Source: Ruditapes philippinarum
Taxonomy: Eukaryota
Assembly: GCF_026571515.1 (NCBI RefSeq)
Contig: NW_026862878.1
Location: forward strand, 1-64,000
Direction: 5' to 3'
DNA length: 64,000 nt
Every line of letters begins with the position of its first letter. Within the stretch, counting starts at the first letter, position 1. The notes below the pieces were generated by a model that had not been told where the DNA came from, did not search any database, and saw nothing but the letters and a program-made list of their open reading frames with translations. This document shows, one piece after another, positions 50,108-62,888 of this stretch. A program made the translations under genes and the position numbers.

Positions 50108-53100
50108 ATGGCAAGTAGGCAAAGTAAAGAAGATGTTACTGACTGGCGGAAAAATTCAATGAGACATAACCATTCTTTTCAAAGGGAACAAACTATACCG
50201 ACAGAGAAGAATGTAAGAGGAGAGAAGAATGAACAGCCGTACAATAGGTCCGGAAAAGACACAAATGGCAGTGAAAGAGAAGATCAGCGAGGGAGAAGTA
50301 GTACAAAATCAACTCAAAGACATGATGAGGCTTTTCACGGTAGACAAAATGTGCCTAAGAAACACCAGGCTAAGAGAACAATCCTGTATGTTGTAACAGG
50401 TGACAAAGTAACTGAGAACAGAAACTTAAAAAGCTTTTTATTGTCTAGAATGGGCAACCCGAGAGAACTTGACTTTTTAGTGACAAAGGTCACAAATATC
50501 AAAAAAGATGGTAGAATAAAAAACGTTATCTACCTGGAGTTTGAAAGTTTTAACAAAGCTTCTCTTGGAAAACATTTACTCCATAAAAGTAATAGAAACG
50601 TACCAAATAAGCTTATTTGCTCCTTGGATAGGACAGAAGCGGAAGGAGAAGTTGTTGACACTGCTAAACAAAGACAGGAACAAATCGACAAAGCACACAA
50701 GGAAATTGTTGAACGAGCTGAATCTTTCATCGAGAGGCATGATGCGAAAATAAATGAAATTCGTGACAAACTCACTGACATTGATGCACAGCTTAGAAAT
50801 AAAAGCGGGGTTTCCCTTCCCGAGTTCGATAAACTAAGCAATGAAAAGTCTGCTTTTGAAGATAAGTTGGAAGAGTTTGCAAGACAGAGAAAAGAGTTTA
50901 ATAGATACATGCAATGTATGAAAGACAAGATGCAATCTCTCTTAAATTGTGACAAATTTGAGAAAGAATTGCAAGAGGTGAGAACAGCTTTTGGTGTTGA
51001 GTGTAGACGGTTTTCAACATCTTTACCTATGTACGCAAGACGTGAAGACATCCTTAATACGATCAAGGAAAACCAGGTGTGTGTGATACTCGGTGAGACT
51101 GGTTCAGGCAAGTCGACTCAGATGGTCCAGTATTTATATCAATCTGGGTTTGCAGGTAAATATAACCATATGAACCATATTACTAACGATCATCAATATT
51201 ATTGGTATAATTATATATACGTATAAATTCAAATACAACACTTCATAAGTATTAAGTTTTTTTAATGATGAACAGCAGCAAGAGAAGTATATGGACATAA
51301 TGTAATTTTCTTTGCGTCACGAAATGTGAATATTATGTTTGGTGACAAAGATTAAAAACGTTGAAGCTGTTCTCAATGAGTTAAGCACATTGTCTTATCT
51401 TCACATGCACGTTTTTCATTATTATAATTATGTTATAGAAAATATTGTACTTACCAGAACCAGTTTTGTACTTTTTTTATCTCTTTAGCAAAAGGACTCA
51501 TTGCCTGTACCCAACCTAGAAAAATAGCTGCAGTCAGTCTTGCGACACATGTTTCTGCAGAACTAGCATCGAGAGTTGGTCAGATTGTTGGTTATAAAGT
51601 TGGAATGCAAAAGAAATTGACAACGATAACAAAGGTTATGTATATGACTGATCACATACTTCTAAATGAATGCTTAGCTGATAGGGTTTTAAAACAGTAC
51701 TCGTGTATCTTAATCGATGAAGCGCACGAACGGAGTATTTACACTGATTTGCTTCTTGGTATGCTAAAGCAAGCTTTAAAGGAAAGACCAGAACTTAAAG
51801 TTATCATAACATCCGCTACGATAGAGCCAGATATATTTGTAAAATACTTTGGTGGAAAAGATCTTTGTCCTGTCCTAAAAGTCTCTGGGAGAGCATTTCC
51901 GGTAGATGTATATTGGGAATATGACTACTTTTCAGAAAGAGCCTTTCCGGAAGATTATGAATCAAAAGCTCTAAACAAGGCGATTGAAATTCATAATTCA
52001 ACAGCTATAGATGCAGGAGATATTCTTGTTTTTCTTACTGCTGTAGCTGAAATAGAAAGATGTGCAGAGAAATTATCTGAACGAGGAGATACTAATGTTC
52101 ATTGCCTGCAACTTCATGGTAGACTTAAACCAGAAGAGCAACAACTTGTCTTTGAAAAAACACCTAGAGGAAAGCGGAAGATTGTTTTTGCTACTAACAG
52201 TGCTGAAACATCTATTACAATTCCAGGCATAAAGTTTGTGGTGGATACAGGAGTTGTCAAGGAGATGAGATTTAACCCAAAGAAAAACATGAATTCGTTG
52301 AATGTCGTATCAGTCAGTAAAAGCTCAGCAAATCAACGTAAAGGACGTGCTGGGAGAACAACATCTGGCATTTGTTATAGATTGTACTCAGAAGAAGAGT
52401 ACAGTAATATGGAAACAACATCATGTCCTGAAATACTTAGAATACAAGTGTCACAGGCTTTACTTAAATTGTTAGAACTAGGGGTAGATCCAATGAAATT
52501 TGACTACGTCCAATCACCGTCACACGAAACAATGAAATCAGCCATGGACGAGTTGATGAGTATCGGAGCAACAAATAAAGCAGGCATAACAGAGCTTGGT
52601 AAATGGATTGCAAAATTGCCACTTGAGCCAAAACTCGGCTTACTTATAAAGAAAGGAATTGAATCTGATATTGTAAATGAAGCTCTCGTAGTTGCTTCTT
52701 GTTGTAATCAAAGTGGAATATTTTACCGTGTCGGAACACTGGAGGAGAAACGAGCAGCCGATTTAAAGAAGATGAAATTTTGTCATAAAGGAGGAGACTT
52801 ACTTACAATGCTGAATGTGTTTAGAGAATGGAACAAAATACCAGAAAAAGGGAAAGGCAGTTGGTGCGACAGCAACAGTATAAATGGAAAGGCAATAAAA
52901 GGGGTTCGAGATACGACAAACGAAATTTCATCAATACTTAAAAAAGATTTAGGTATTAAGATTAAGTATGAATTTAAGCAGCCTGAAAAAGTAGATCCAC
53001 AAATACAACGTTTAATATTTGACATTATGGTCGCAAATATTGGCTATTTCTTGGGACATGAAGGCGCTGGATATCTTATTGTAAACCGAAACCAGCGCGT

Positions 53101-55723
53101 GATGCTGCATCCTTCGTGCGCTATTTTAGCTTTAGGTCTCCAACCAAGCTGGGTGGTATTTAACAAAGTTCTGAAAACCTCTGAAGATTTTATGACAGAA
53201 GTAACACCAGTGTCAGACAAGGCTATAACAGACGCTATAGAAAGTCGAATTCTTAATGTCAATTTAACTGCTCTTGAAAGTCTGAGGTTGAAGCTAGCAC
53301 TGAAATTACCTGTTGGAAAACATGTTAAATGGAAGTTTGTTGGTCCACTCCATAAAAACCGCAGAAAGGTTGAAGAAGATATTTCAAAAGAATGTGATGA
53401 ATCTTTAGTCGTTGTTGAAGCAAATAACAGACGGGGAGATGTCAGTTTATTTTGTTTGTCACAATATGTTGAAAAGGCATCGGCACTGCTGAGGTCTGTC
53501 ATTGAACCAATGCCAGAACTTTTACGATATGAGTCAAGGGAAGAGCATATTGGAGATGAAAGAAGTGGTTTTAGAGCCGTTTTGAGGGAGGGAGGACGTG
53601 TTGTAGAAGTGCTCATGCCAAATGAATACCGATCCCTCAAAATAATTCTAAAGGAGTGCAATTTTAGAACTAAAATTGATGAAGGTAGCATTAGAAAACT
53701 GTTAATGCCTTACGGACCAATTGAACAGATTTGGAGACAAACTGGAAACAAACAGGGCAATAATCAGTTTTGGGGAAAAGTGACATTCACTCACCAAAAT
53801 GATGCTGTTGCTGCATTTCAACATGTTAATAATGACAGAAATGCCAAAATAAAGCTAGAACCAAATACATTTCAGAATACACTTGCTCAGCAAGGTTTTA
53901 CAATGAAACTGACGTGGTGCCGTCGGCCCTCCAAAGGACACTGCTTCGTCACAACAAATCGGCCTGAAGATCGCCCGATTCTTTTAATGTCGTCGCCAAA
54001 GGTCAACGGTGTCCCTGTTAGTATTTCTTTAAGCAAACAACAGTCAGATCTGTTTATAAAATATTTGCCTGCAGATGTCACTGATGAAAGTGTCAAAACA
54101 GCTCTAGGAGAAGTACTAGGCATATCCACCAACGCTTGCCAAGACCGGTTTCGTGTTGTTATCCCACGTACGAATGTAATTTGGAATGCAAATGAAAGGA
54201 CTAGGCAACAAGATGAATTGTATAGAGTTGTATCAAAGTTTGCAGACAGGGAATCTTTTCGGTTACATGTAAGGGAATATAGGCAACAAGCAGCTATTTG
54301 TGTAGCTTTCGTAACTTTTTCAGACCCACAATTATGCAATGATACTGCAATGAAATTGATTCAAAGTCAGGAAAAATGCGAGGGAAAAAAGATACAGGTC
54401 AGTTTGGAATGCAAAGCATCTTTGCACATCAAGAAGGGACTTTATGAACTTGTAAAAGACGATTTTCAAGGATTAATTGATGAGCATACGCATGCACATT
54501 CAAGTACGGTCTTAGACCTTAAAACATTGAAGTCGGGCCATTTTTCACTCGAAATAAGAGCTGATTCTCCATTAGAGCTTGCACAAGCTAAACTTAAGTT
54601 CCAAAATGTAATTGGTGGAGATACACTTTGTTGGGAAAGCACAAAAAACATTAAAGTAATGTTCACTAAAAATGGAAAGCAAAGGGCACAAGAGATTGAA
54701 AAAGAAACGAAGGCCATGATAATAGTTGATGAGAGAGACATGACAGTTACAATACAAGGTCTGATTTCAAATAGAAGGAGGGCTACTTCATTTATTGAAG
54801 AATATATGAAAATTCACTCTGGTACTGAAGAAACGGTAATACGTCTAAAAGGGGAAGACAATCCACCTGGTTTGATGAAAGTTTTATTAATGAAATATGG
54901 GATAACCTTTGATGACTTCAAAAAGGAAACCGATGTGTCAGGGGTAGAACTTAACTTGAGACTTCATGAAATCGCTATATCTGGGAGAAGTGAAGCCATT
55001 GGAAAAGCTCTTCAGCTCGTGAATAGCTTAAAAGAAGAATTGATAAAAAAGGAAGAGGGAAGAAAACACATAAATGACTTACCAGACTGTCCTATATGTT
55101 TATGTCCCGTTAAAGAATCTGACATTTGTAGTCTTGAGTATTGCGGTCATGCATACTGTAAAGTATGTTTGAAGTCATACATACGTCATGCTGTTACTGG
55201 TCGACAGCTTCCTGTGTCTTGCGCTGCTGAGAATTGCAACAAGCTACTCGTGATTAGAGATATTAATACACAAGTCAAAATGGGATCCATCAAGAGAAAA
55301 GATCTTCTAGATTCAGCTTTGTCATGCTTTGTTAATACACGAAGTAAGGATTTTCGTTTTTGTATAACACCGGACTGTGGTATGGTGTACAGAGTTACTA
55401 AAAATGGAAAGTTATTCTTTTGTCCGACATGTCGTATAAAGATTTGTACCACTTGTCATATTCCATATCACGAGGGTCTGACATGTTCAATGTATAACGT
55501 CGCCAGAAAAGAGGGAGACTCTATGCTCGAATGGATGAAAGAGGATCCTTCAAATAGAAAAGTATGCCCAAAATGCAACTATGGAATCGAAAAAACGGGC
55601 GGATGCAACCATATGCAATGTTCAATGTGTAGAGCAAACATCTGTTGGTCGTGTATGACATTCTTTTCAGAAGTAGGTGATTACATGAAGCATGTAGATT
55701 CTGTCCATGGTAACTTTGTATAA
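50108..55723 (+). CDS. DEAH-box RNA helicase - RRM/KH-like - RBR E3 ubiquitin ligase fusion (DEAH11/DEAH12-like): join(50108..51155,51489..55723), 1760 aa
   Basis: Helicase motifs GETGSGKST, TQPRKIAA, DEAH, SAT, ATNSAETSITI and QRKGRAGR, then HA2/OB-like region and RNP-like strands (GKVTF, LFIKYL, AFVTF). RING1 CPIC..CGHAYCKVC..C..C; IBR CITPDC..CPTC..C..C..H..C; RING2 CPKC..IEKTGGCNHMQC. Phase-1 intron GCAG|gtaaat...tttag|CA joins the two ORFs in frame. Confidence 0.92.
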
Positions 55724-56636
55724 AATAAATCATGCACAGTCAGTCGGATGTTTCCGGAAGAAGGTATGAATACAAAAATTTTCCTTTAGGCTATTCAAAA
55801 CAATTTGTTGTTCATATGGGATTAGAATATGGTTTGCTAGACTAAATGTATGTTAGTTTTTTCCATATTGATCGGAAGAGCCAAAGTATGAGATTTTTTG
55901 ACTCCCATAACCTCATATGGTTACACATATTTGAATTATATGTAATATCTATATAACTTGTTTATCATTATTATTGTTTATTTATTCAGATGAACTTTAC
56001 ATATTATACATTATTACTTTTCACGCAACTTGTTTTCTGTCAAATAGTTATTTAGAAATTGAAATATATGCCCCTACTCTAGGGTATTTAAACAAGAATC
56101 ATGACACTACATAATTATATGTTAGTCAGCATGTGCCCTTGACTATGTAAAAACCGTTTTAAAATGTGCCTCTAAAAGTGCTAAAGCTAGAGTCAACAAA
56201 CTTGATAAGACTGTTAATCTGCAACTGAAAATGTACACCCGTGGTTTTATTTTTTTATATAAAAGTTTTGTTCGAGTTATTGCAATTTTCAACTTGTGTG
56301 CCGTGCGTAGCTCAATAAGTATTTGACAGAGAGTCAAGAAACTTAACAAGAATGTTTGCCTGCAATTATACTCGTAGTTGTACATCCAGGGTTTTGCATG
56401 TTTTTTTTATGTATTTTAAGCATACTTGAGTTTTTAAAATTTAGATTTGAAATTCGTGCATCTCAATATGTGGATATATCAAGATGTCAACATTGGAAAG
56501 TTTAATGTCTTTTTTTATGCCCCAACCACTTAGGGGTAGGGGAGTCGAGTAGAATGTCCTTAGTCCGTATGTAATACTGTCCTACTGTACTGTCAGAAGA
56601 CTGATAACACAGTGGAATGTTAGAAAATGCATGTCC

Positions 56637-56970
56637 TATGGACATATTTCTAATTAGTTTTTGACAAGATTAGTTAGTTTTTGACATGATTTAGCATATT
56701 TGACAAATAATTGATTTATCATGTAAACATTATATGGACATATTTCTAGTTAGTTTTTGAAATGATTACTTTTTTGAAACGATTAATTTTTTTTTTGACA
56801 TGATTTAGCATAATTATTTGACAAATAATTGATTTAAATCATGTAAACATTCTATGGACATATTTCTAGTTTGTTTTTGAAATGATTACTTAGTTTTTGA
56901 CAAGATTAGTTAATTTCTGACATGATTTAGCATAATTGACAAATAACTGATTTAAATCATATAAACATTG
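56637..56970. repeat. Tandem repeat, 3 x ~100-120 bp built of ~20-nt TTTTTGAC/GAAATGATT subunits
   Basis: TATGGACATATTTCTA at 56637, 56733 and 56853. Confidence 0.75.
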
Positions 56971-57493
56971 TTTTGTGTACTTGGAAAAACACAAAATGCA
57001 TTAGTCTGTGGTTTTCTCACAGTCATAGTGAACATCAAAAATATATTCTATGATTCAAGGGTAGGTTGTAAATTTTATTTATCTATTGAGCGCTGTAACC
57101 CACATACATTGTTATAAGTTTTCAATTATATCGCTTATAGACAGAAATGTAGCCTTGCGGTGTAATATATCTCGATACATTTGTTTATGTATCAAACTTC
57201 CTTTAATGAAATATGCACATTGTATTAAAAGCATGTATGTTTGGCTATTTATGATAATGGTAATCTTGATTATTATAAAACTTTTAAAACTTTATTACAT
57301 TTTAATAATTTTAATATGTAGTTGATGTACATTTGGTAATCACGTTGGAATTTAACAATATAGTTTACGACATTGCCTTTGCTATTTTCATGACATGTTG
57401 CGTGATACTGTAGAAAGATTACTGTTTTGTTTCCTTGTACAATATTTATACACGCAAGTGTGTATCCCGCAGCTCATTTTGTTGCTTATTTGA

Positions 57494-58180
57494 TTTTTAT
57501 GCTCCTCGAAGGGAGATCATATAGTCGCCGCCTTGTCCGCCCATCCATCAAATTCTCGTTGTAACGGGAATAACTTTAAAAGGTTTGAAGGATTTTGAAT
57601 TAGACTACACACTGTGATGAAGACCAGTGATATAAATAACCTTCCTTATGTTAATAATACTTGCTTAACCGGAGTGTTATTTCCAAACTATGAATAATAA
57701 TTTATTGAAACTTCACATAGTTTTCATATTTAGTAGAAACATAAATTAGGTGGTCCTCTAACTTTTGGTTGAATAAGGAGACACTAAGGTAAGGTCACCA
57801 GTGCTAAAATAGAGTTTTATACTTTTTATACTACCTATTTTAATAGACCGAAGTTTTTCCTTTTTGGTAGGTAAAAGTCTTGGATGGTCTTATAAATTTT
57901 GGTGGAGAAAGTGGTCACATCCGTCATGGTCAAGGTTACGAGATTGATTAATTAAAATGCAGCCTTTATTTATTGACTGGTGTATTTCATAATTGATAGG
58001 TATATACATTGTATCTAGGTTGTCATCTTACTTAAGTTTATTAGGGGTCAAGGTCACTTGCGCTAAAATTAGATTTTTACACTTATTGCTTTATTTATAA
58101 ACTGATGTCTATTGAAATACATTGACAATTGTGCAGTTTCGGGGTGCATACATCGCTTTGTAAAAGTGATATTCTTGTTT
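57494..58180 (+). mobile_element. Helentron-associated (HINE-like) element
   Basis: Begins TTTTTATGCTCC...GTCCGCCCATCC, has internal GGTCAAGGTCAC units, and ends GGGGTGCATA + short hairpin + CTTGTTT. Confidence 0.55.
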
Positions 58181-58410
58181 GTCCTGTATTTATCAATTGA
58201 ATTTATGCTTATATGTGAATAAGAAGTTACCAAGTGATAGAAATGTGGTAAAGATAACTTATTGTTTTAAAAGAGCAACACCAATTCTAGATGTTCAGAA
58301 TTTTGAAAAAAACTCCGGTTTTTGTAAAATGAAGAAAAAAAAAGAAAAAAGAAAAGAAAATCATCAAAATTTAATAGATATGTAGTAAGATTGTTTCAAT
58401 ATGTTTTTAA

Positions 58411-58759
58411 AGGCCCGTTATGCCTCAGAAATGCCTTCATTCTTATTTCTTAAAATATTTCATTTTTTACAGATTCCCAAATATACTCATTTGCCACAAA
58501 GACGAACTAACGGTTCATTCTTTTGCTATGTTTGCAATTGATACAACTTTATTGAATTAATATTTTGTATAGAAGTCAAAATACTACTTGTTTACATTTT
58601 GCTACCTTAACGACACATTGCTTCACGTTCACCCTACTTTGTTAAGTAAACTTGTTAAACTTCTAACATGCTCTAAATTCATAATTCAAACATTATTAAA
58701 CACATATTTGAAATTGATAAAGAATTGAAAAATATGAATTTCTGAGGCATAATGTGCCT
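58411..58759. mobile_element. Kolobok-like MITE
   Basis: TTAA|AGGCCCGTTATGCCTCAGAAAT ... ATTTCTGAGGCATAATGTGCCT|TTGA (20/22 TIR match). Confidence 0.75.
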
Positions 58760-59857
58760 TTGAGTTGTTTTCTACCCTCAGTGAAGTATCATGTAATGTT
58801 ACTGTATAGTTTTATGTCCGTTAGCAAGTGTGTGCTACATTTTTCTTTAATGAACCACTAGATCGAAAAGCAATACACCTGTATAAAAATTTATTTTAAA
58901 TGAGAAAATTTGCAGACCTCTTATCTTCAAACGATCAAGTAATGATCTAGAGCAGAGTTAGCAAATTTTTGTCCTCTTTATCACTTATTTCTATGTTGTT
59001 TCTTTCAACATTATTATTACCATTAATCATATTTTAACATTGTTTTGAACTATATGGATATATATTTTGAGAATCTAGTGTGAAATTTTTATTGAATGTG
59101 TGTATAAAGGTTGATGTTTATATATAATCTAAATAAAATCTTGAACTGGTTTTGTTGTTGTTTTTCTTTTTACTTTGTGTTATTAAATTTGGTGCAAAAA
59201 AGTTCTTAAACGCTGAAACACTTCAGAAAGGTATTTAAATAAAGCATAGAATATGTATTAAGAAAATAAAGTAATGAATGTTATAGTAGACAAATCAAGA
59301 TGACTTTAAACAATACAAACAATTGTGCTAACAGTTAGTTTTCTATGATTGGATAATAACTGCTATTTTTGAATTCAAGAATGGAATATAGGGCATGTTT
59401 CATGTTAAAGAAAAGCATGAAATTGTCGGTGTACCATGTAAAATATAATACAAGTAATAGAAAGAGCATCGAAACACGAGATTATCTGATTTGTACGAGG
59501 GGGCGTAGTATAAATCAGATTGTCAAGTCTTTTGGTGTTCTTTCTCTTTTGTATCATAGTCAAACATAAAAACACGTTCCCTATTATCACAATATTAAAC
59601 CCCAGAAAAATGTTACAAATGAACGAGCATCTGAATATGCTTTCTCTGCAGTCACAATAAGTAAAGCCGAGCAAAAATGAACCAATCAATGGGTATGCTC
59701 TGGAGTGCGAATAACTAATACCTGCTGTCCAGTTAACGCACTGTGCATGTATATGTATACGATTTAACTTTGACACGTTTTAAACAGAAAGGTCCCCAAA
59801 CTTGGTTCAATAATTGTATGAGGTTAATATTCAAGTTTATCGGCCTTGCTAATACTA

Positions 59858-60056
59858 TAGTACGACAGAGTATCTCGCGCGCACCACTTAATTATCTCGT
59901 GCGCACGACTAAGTAACTCGTTGACACGACATAATGTATCGTGCGCACGACTTAGTAGCTAGTCACCACGACATATTATCACGTGCGCACTACTTAATTA
60001 TCTCGTGCGCACCACTTAGTAACTCGTGGCCATGACATAGTATCGCGTGCGCACAA
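59858..60056. repeat. ~21-nt minisatellite (TATCTCGTGCGCACGACTTA core), probably internal to a MITE
   Basis: About 9 degenerate units with a palindromic GTGCGCAC core. Confidence 0.75.
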
Positions 60057-61097
60057 AAGAAATAAAAAACACACACGTCACCTTTGTGCCACCGTAGATA
60101 TGGGCAAATTAAAATGTGTACATTTAACAGAATGTCTACCATCGGTAGACTTCCTTTCTTGCCGTTGACTTATTATTATTATTATCGGGTTATCTGGCAT
60201 ACTCTTTCCGGTTATTGCTAAGTTATGTACGATTCATCTCAAAATATCAGAAAATGTGAATACTGAAATTTAGATAGTTATTTTTTATTTGAATGGCCGG
60301 GAAATATACATATGTGGAAAGATAACCAACGTGAATGTAAAATAACATGTATTTCATTTAGAAGGCATTGCGAAAAAAGTCCAAAACCTGAGAAAAACAG
60401 ACAAGGTAAACTGTGTACTTAGCATTAATGATATATCTTTATTAATAGAAAATACAAATTGCTTAGCAAAAGTTAAACTAGCGTGTGTTTTTTTTTCCAA
60501 AGTTACAAGGAAATCGTCAAATTCCTCACAGTGATTAACAAGAGGATTGGAAAATTGTTGCGTTGGAGGGATTTTGCACCAAATAATGTACATTTTTCAT
60601 GTACATGTTTAACAATCTAATCTTATTATCGATTTATACATAAAGCTGACAAAATGTCACATGGTTTGCCTATCGTGTATATACATTGATCAATGACACG
60701 GCTAGATAAAACACCTACATTTTAATCAGTAGTAGGATAGAAAAAGATGAAAACCAAAAACATGTACGTGGATGTTTATTCGCCACATCTTAGGCCTCTT
60801 TTTCGGTCCAACTAATTTTGTTACGTGTTGAGATATTTTGCTATTTGATGCCCTGTAGAAACATTTTCTGCGGTGAAATATGCGCCATGATGTTCAAGGG
60901 CAAGCTTGAACTGTTCATATATTCATTTTTGATTATTTTTTTACAGTGCCTTTAAGATTAAACATTTCTACATAAATTTCATATTTTATTTATGAAAATA
61001 TTTGTAAGATAATGATTTTGATATAAAAAAATACACATGTACCATCAAAATAAAGATATAACTAAGCAGTTATATCTTTATTTTGACGGTATTTTGA

Positions 61098-61512
61098 TGC
61101 CGCGTGACAAATGCAGTGTTGATAGCTATTGTCGCGTGACAAAAACAGCTTTGATAGCAAATACAGTGTTGATATATAATGATAGCTATAATGTCGCGTG
61201 ACAAATACAGCATTGATAGCAAATACAGTGTTGATAGCTAATGTCGCGTGACAAATACTGTGTTGATAGCTAATGTCGCGTGACAAATACAGCGTTGATA
61301 GCAAATACAGTGTTGATAGCTAATGTCGCGTGGCAAATACAGTGTTGATGCCTAATGTCGCGTGACAAAACAGCTTTTATAACAAATACAGTGTTGATAG
61401 CTTATGTCGCGTGACAAATACAGTGTTGATAGCTAATGTCGCGTGACAAATACAGCGTTGATAGCAAATACAGTGTTGATATCTAATGGTAGCCAATGCC
61501 GCATGACAAATA
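61098..61512. repeat. Minisatellite, 32-nt unit GTGTTGATAGCTAATGTCGCGTGACAAATACA with 19-nt partial units, left part
   Basis: Direct inspection of the repeated unit. Confidence 0.85.
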
Positions 61513-62704
61513 CAGTAAAGTTTCGCTTTACGACCGATCCTAAATTACGGGCAATTCGATATTAGGACCGCTTTTTCCGGTCCCGATTTTTTGCCTATAT
61601 AATAATTAAATGGTCGTAAGGCCCGAAATTACGACCGACCCGCTACTACGTATTACGACCGCTTTTAAAGGTTCAAAATGTCACTTAACAATGCAAACGG
61701 GGTCCAATAAAACGGCCACTAATTAATTCTGCTCGCTAAATTGTACATGTCATCCATTATCTCCAATAAACAAACAATTTTACAACACTTAACGACAACC
61801 GCCATGAAGGTTTGAACGATTTGCGGTACACGGAAGAGACATTCAAAATATCAATTTACAGTTTGAATTTCAAGTGTCTATAGATGAGATATCAGTGAGA
61901 TTAGCAGTTTGTGATTAAAAGGAATTGGATTAAATGTGTCAACGTTCCTGTCAATTATTATTCTGGATTGATGCGAATCGTAGAAAGACGACCGATGCGT
62001 TAACAACACACACTTTCGGATAGGTAGATTATTTCGTCTATGTTGAATAAAAATAGATATTTTATAATTCGGAGTCAGAACTTTTACAGCTTTTGCAAAT
62101 TTAATAACAATTGTCTTTTGAAATAAAATTTAGAATCATAAACGGAAAATAATTAATTCAGAACAAAAAATAAAATTGATTTATGATGTTTTAAATGGAT
62201 GGCAATAGATCTTTTAACAATTATAGATACGATTTAATTTTACTTAAACTAAAAAACGTATTTTTTTTAATTTTAGGTCCGAATAACCCTGAAACAAAAG
62301 AACAATAGTGGTGGGGGAAATAATGCATCCAACAAAAAATGAGTATGCAAGAGATCACCAGAACTCAACAACTGAACAACAATGATTAAAATGATATTTT
62401 CTTGAGAAAACTGTTGAAAATAAAAAAATTCTTTTCGATGTCGTTTTTAGTTGTATAAAATGGTGCATAAAAGTGATAATTTCAATAAATAAATAATCTT
62501 TTTGTTGAATAAAATTCATGTTAATTGGTTTATGTTATTCAAACAGCTATGTTTCAATGATCCCAATCGCTAATGATATCCTCCTACTCCAGAATACATA
62601 TAATAGTAAAAATTAACATGGGTCTCCAAATTAAGACCGACTCGATAATAATAAGACCATTTTTACCAGGACCCCAAAGAGGTCTCAATAGCGAGACTTT
62701 ACTG
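61513..62704. mobile_element. Tc1/mariner (pogo/Tigger-type) non-autonomous element
   Basis: TA|CAGTAAAGTTTCGCT ... AGCGAGACTTTACTG|TA, with subterminal GACC repeats and no transposase ORF. Confidence 0.85.
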
Positions 62705-62888
62705 TACAGGGTTGATAGCAAATACAGTATTGATATCTAATGATAGCCAATGTAGCGTGACAAATACAGGGTTTATAGCAAATACAGTGTTGATATCTAA
62801 TGATAGCCAATGTCGCATGACAAATACAGCGTTGATAGTAAATACAGTGTTGATAGCTAACGAGGCGTGACAAATACAGTGTTGATAC
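62705..62888. repeat. Minisatellite, right part (continuation after the MITE)
   Basis: Resumes in register (TACAG.GTTGATAGCAAATACAG). Confidence 0.85.

Noticed and set aside
50530-55733. Many 60-215 aa minus-strand ORFs
   Set aside because: Antisense shadows of the helicase-RBR exons, with no domain motifs.
59858-60056. Palindromic 21-nt repeats as a CRISPR or operator array
   Set aside because: No spacers; a degenerate tandem repeat typical of MITE interiors.
61098-62888. CRISPR-like ~32-nt repeats, and the Cys/His-rich ORFs over them
   Set aside because: Head-to-tail units with no unique spacers, no cas genes, and a eukaryotic context; this is a minisatellite.
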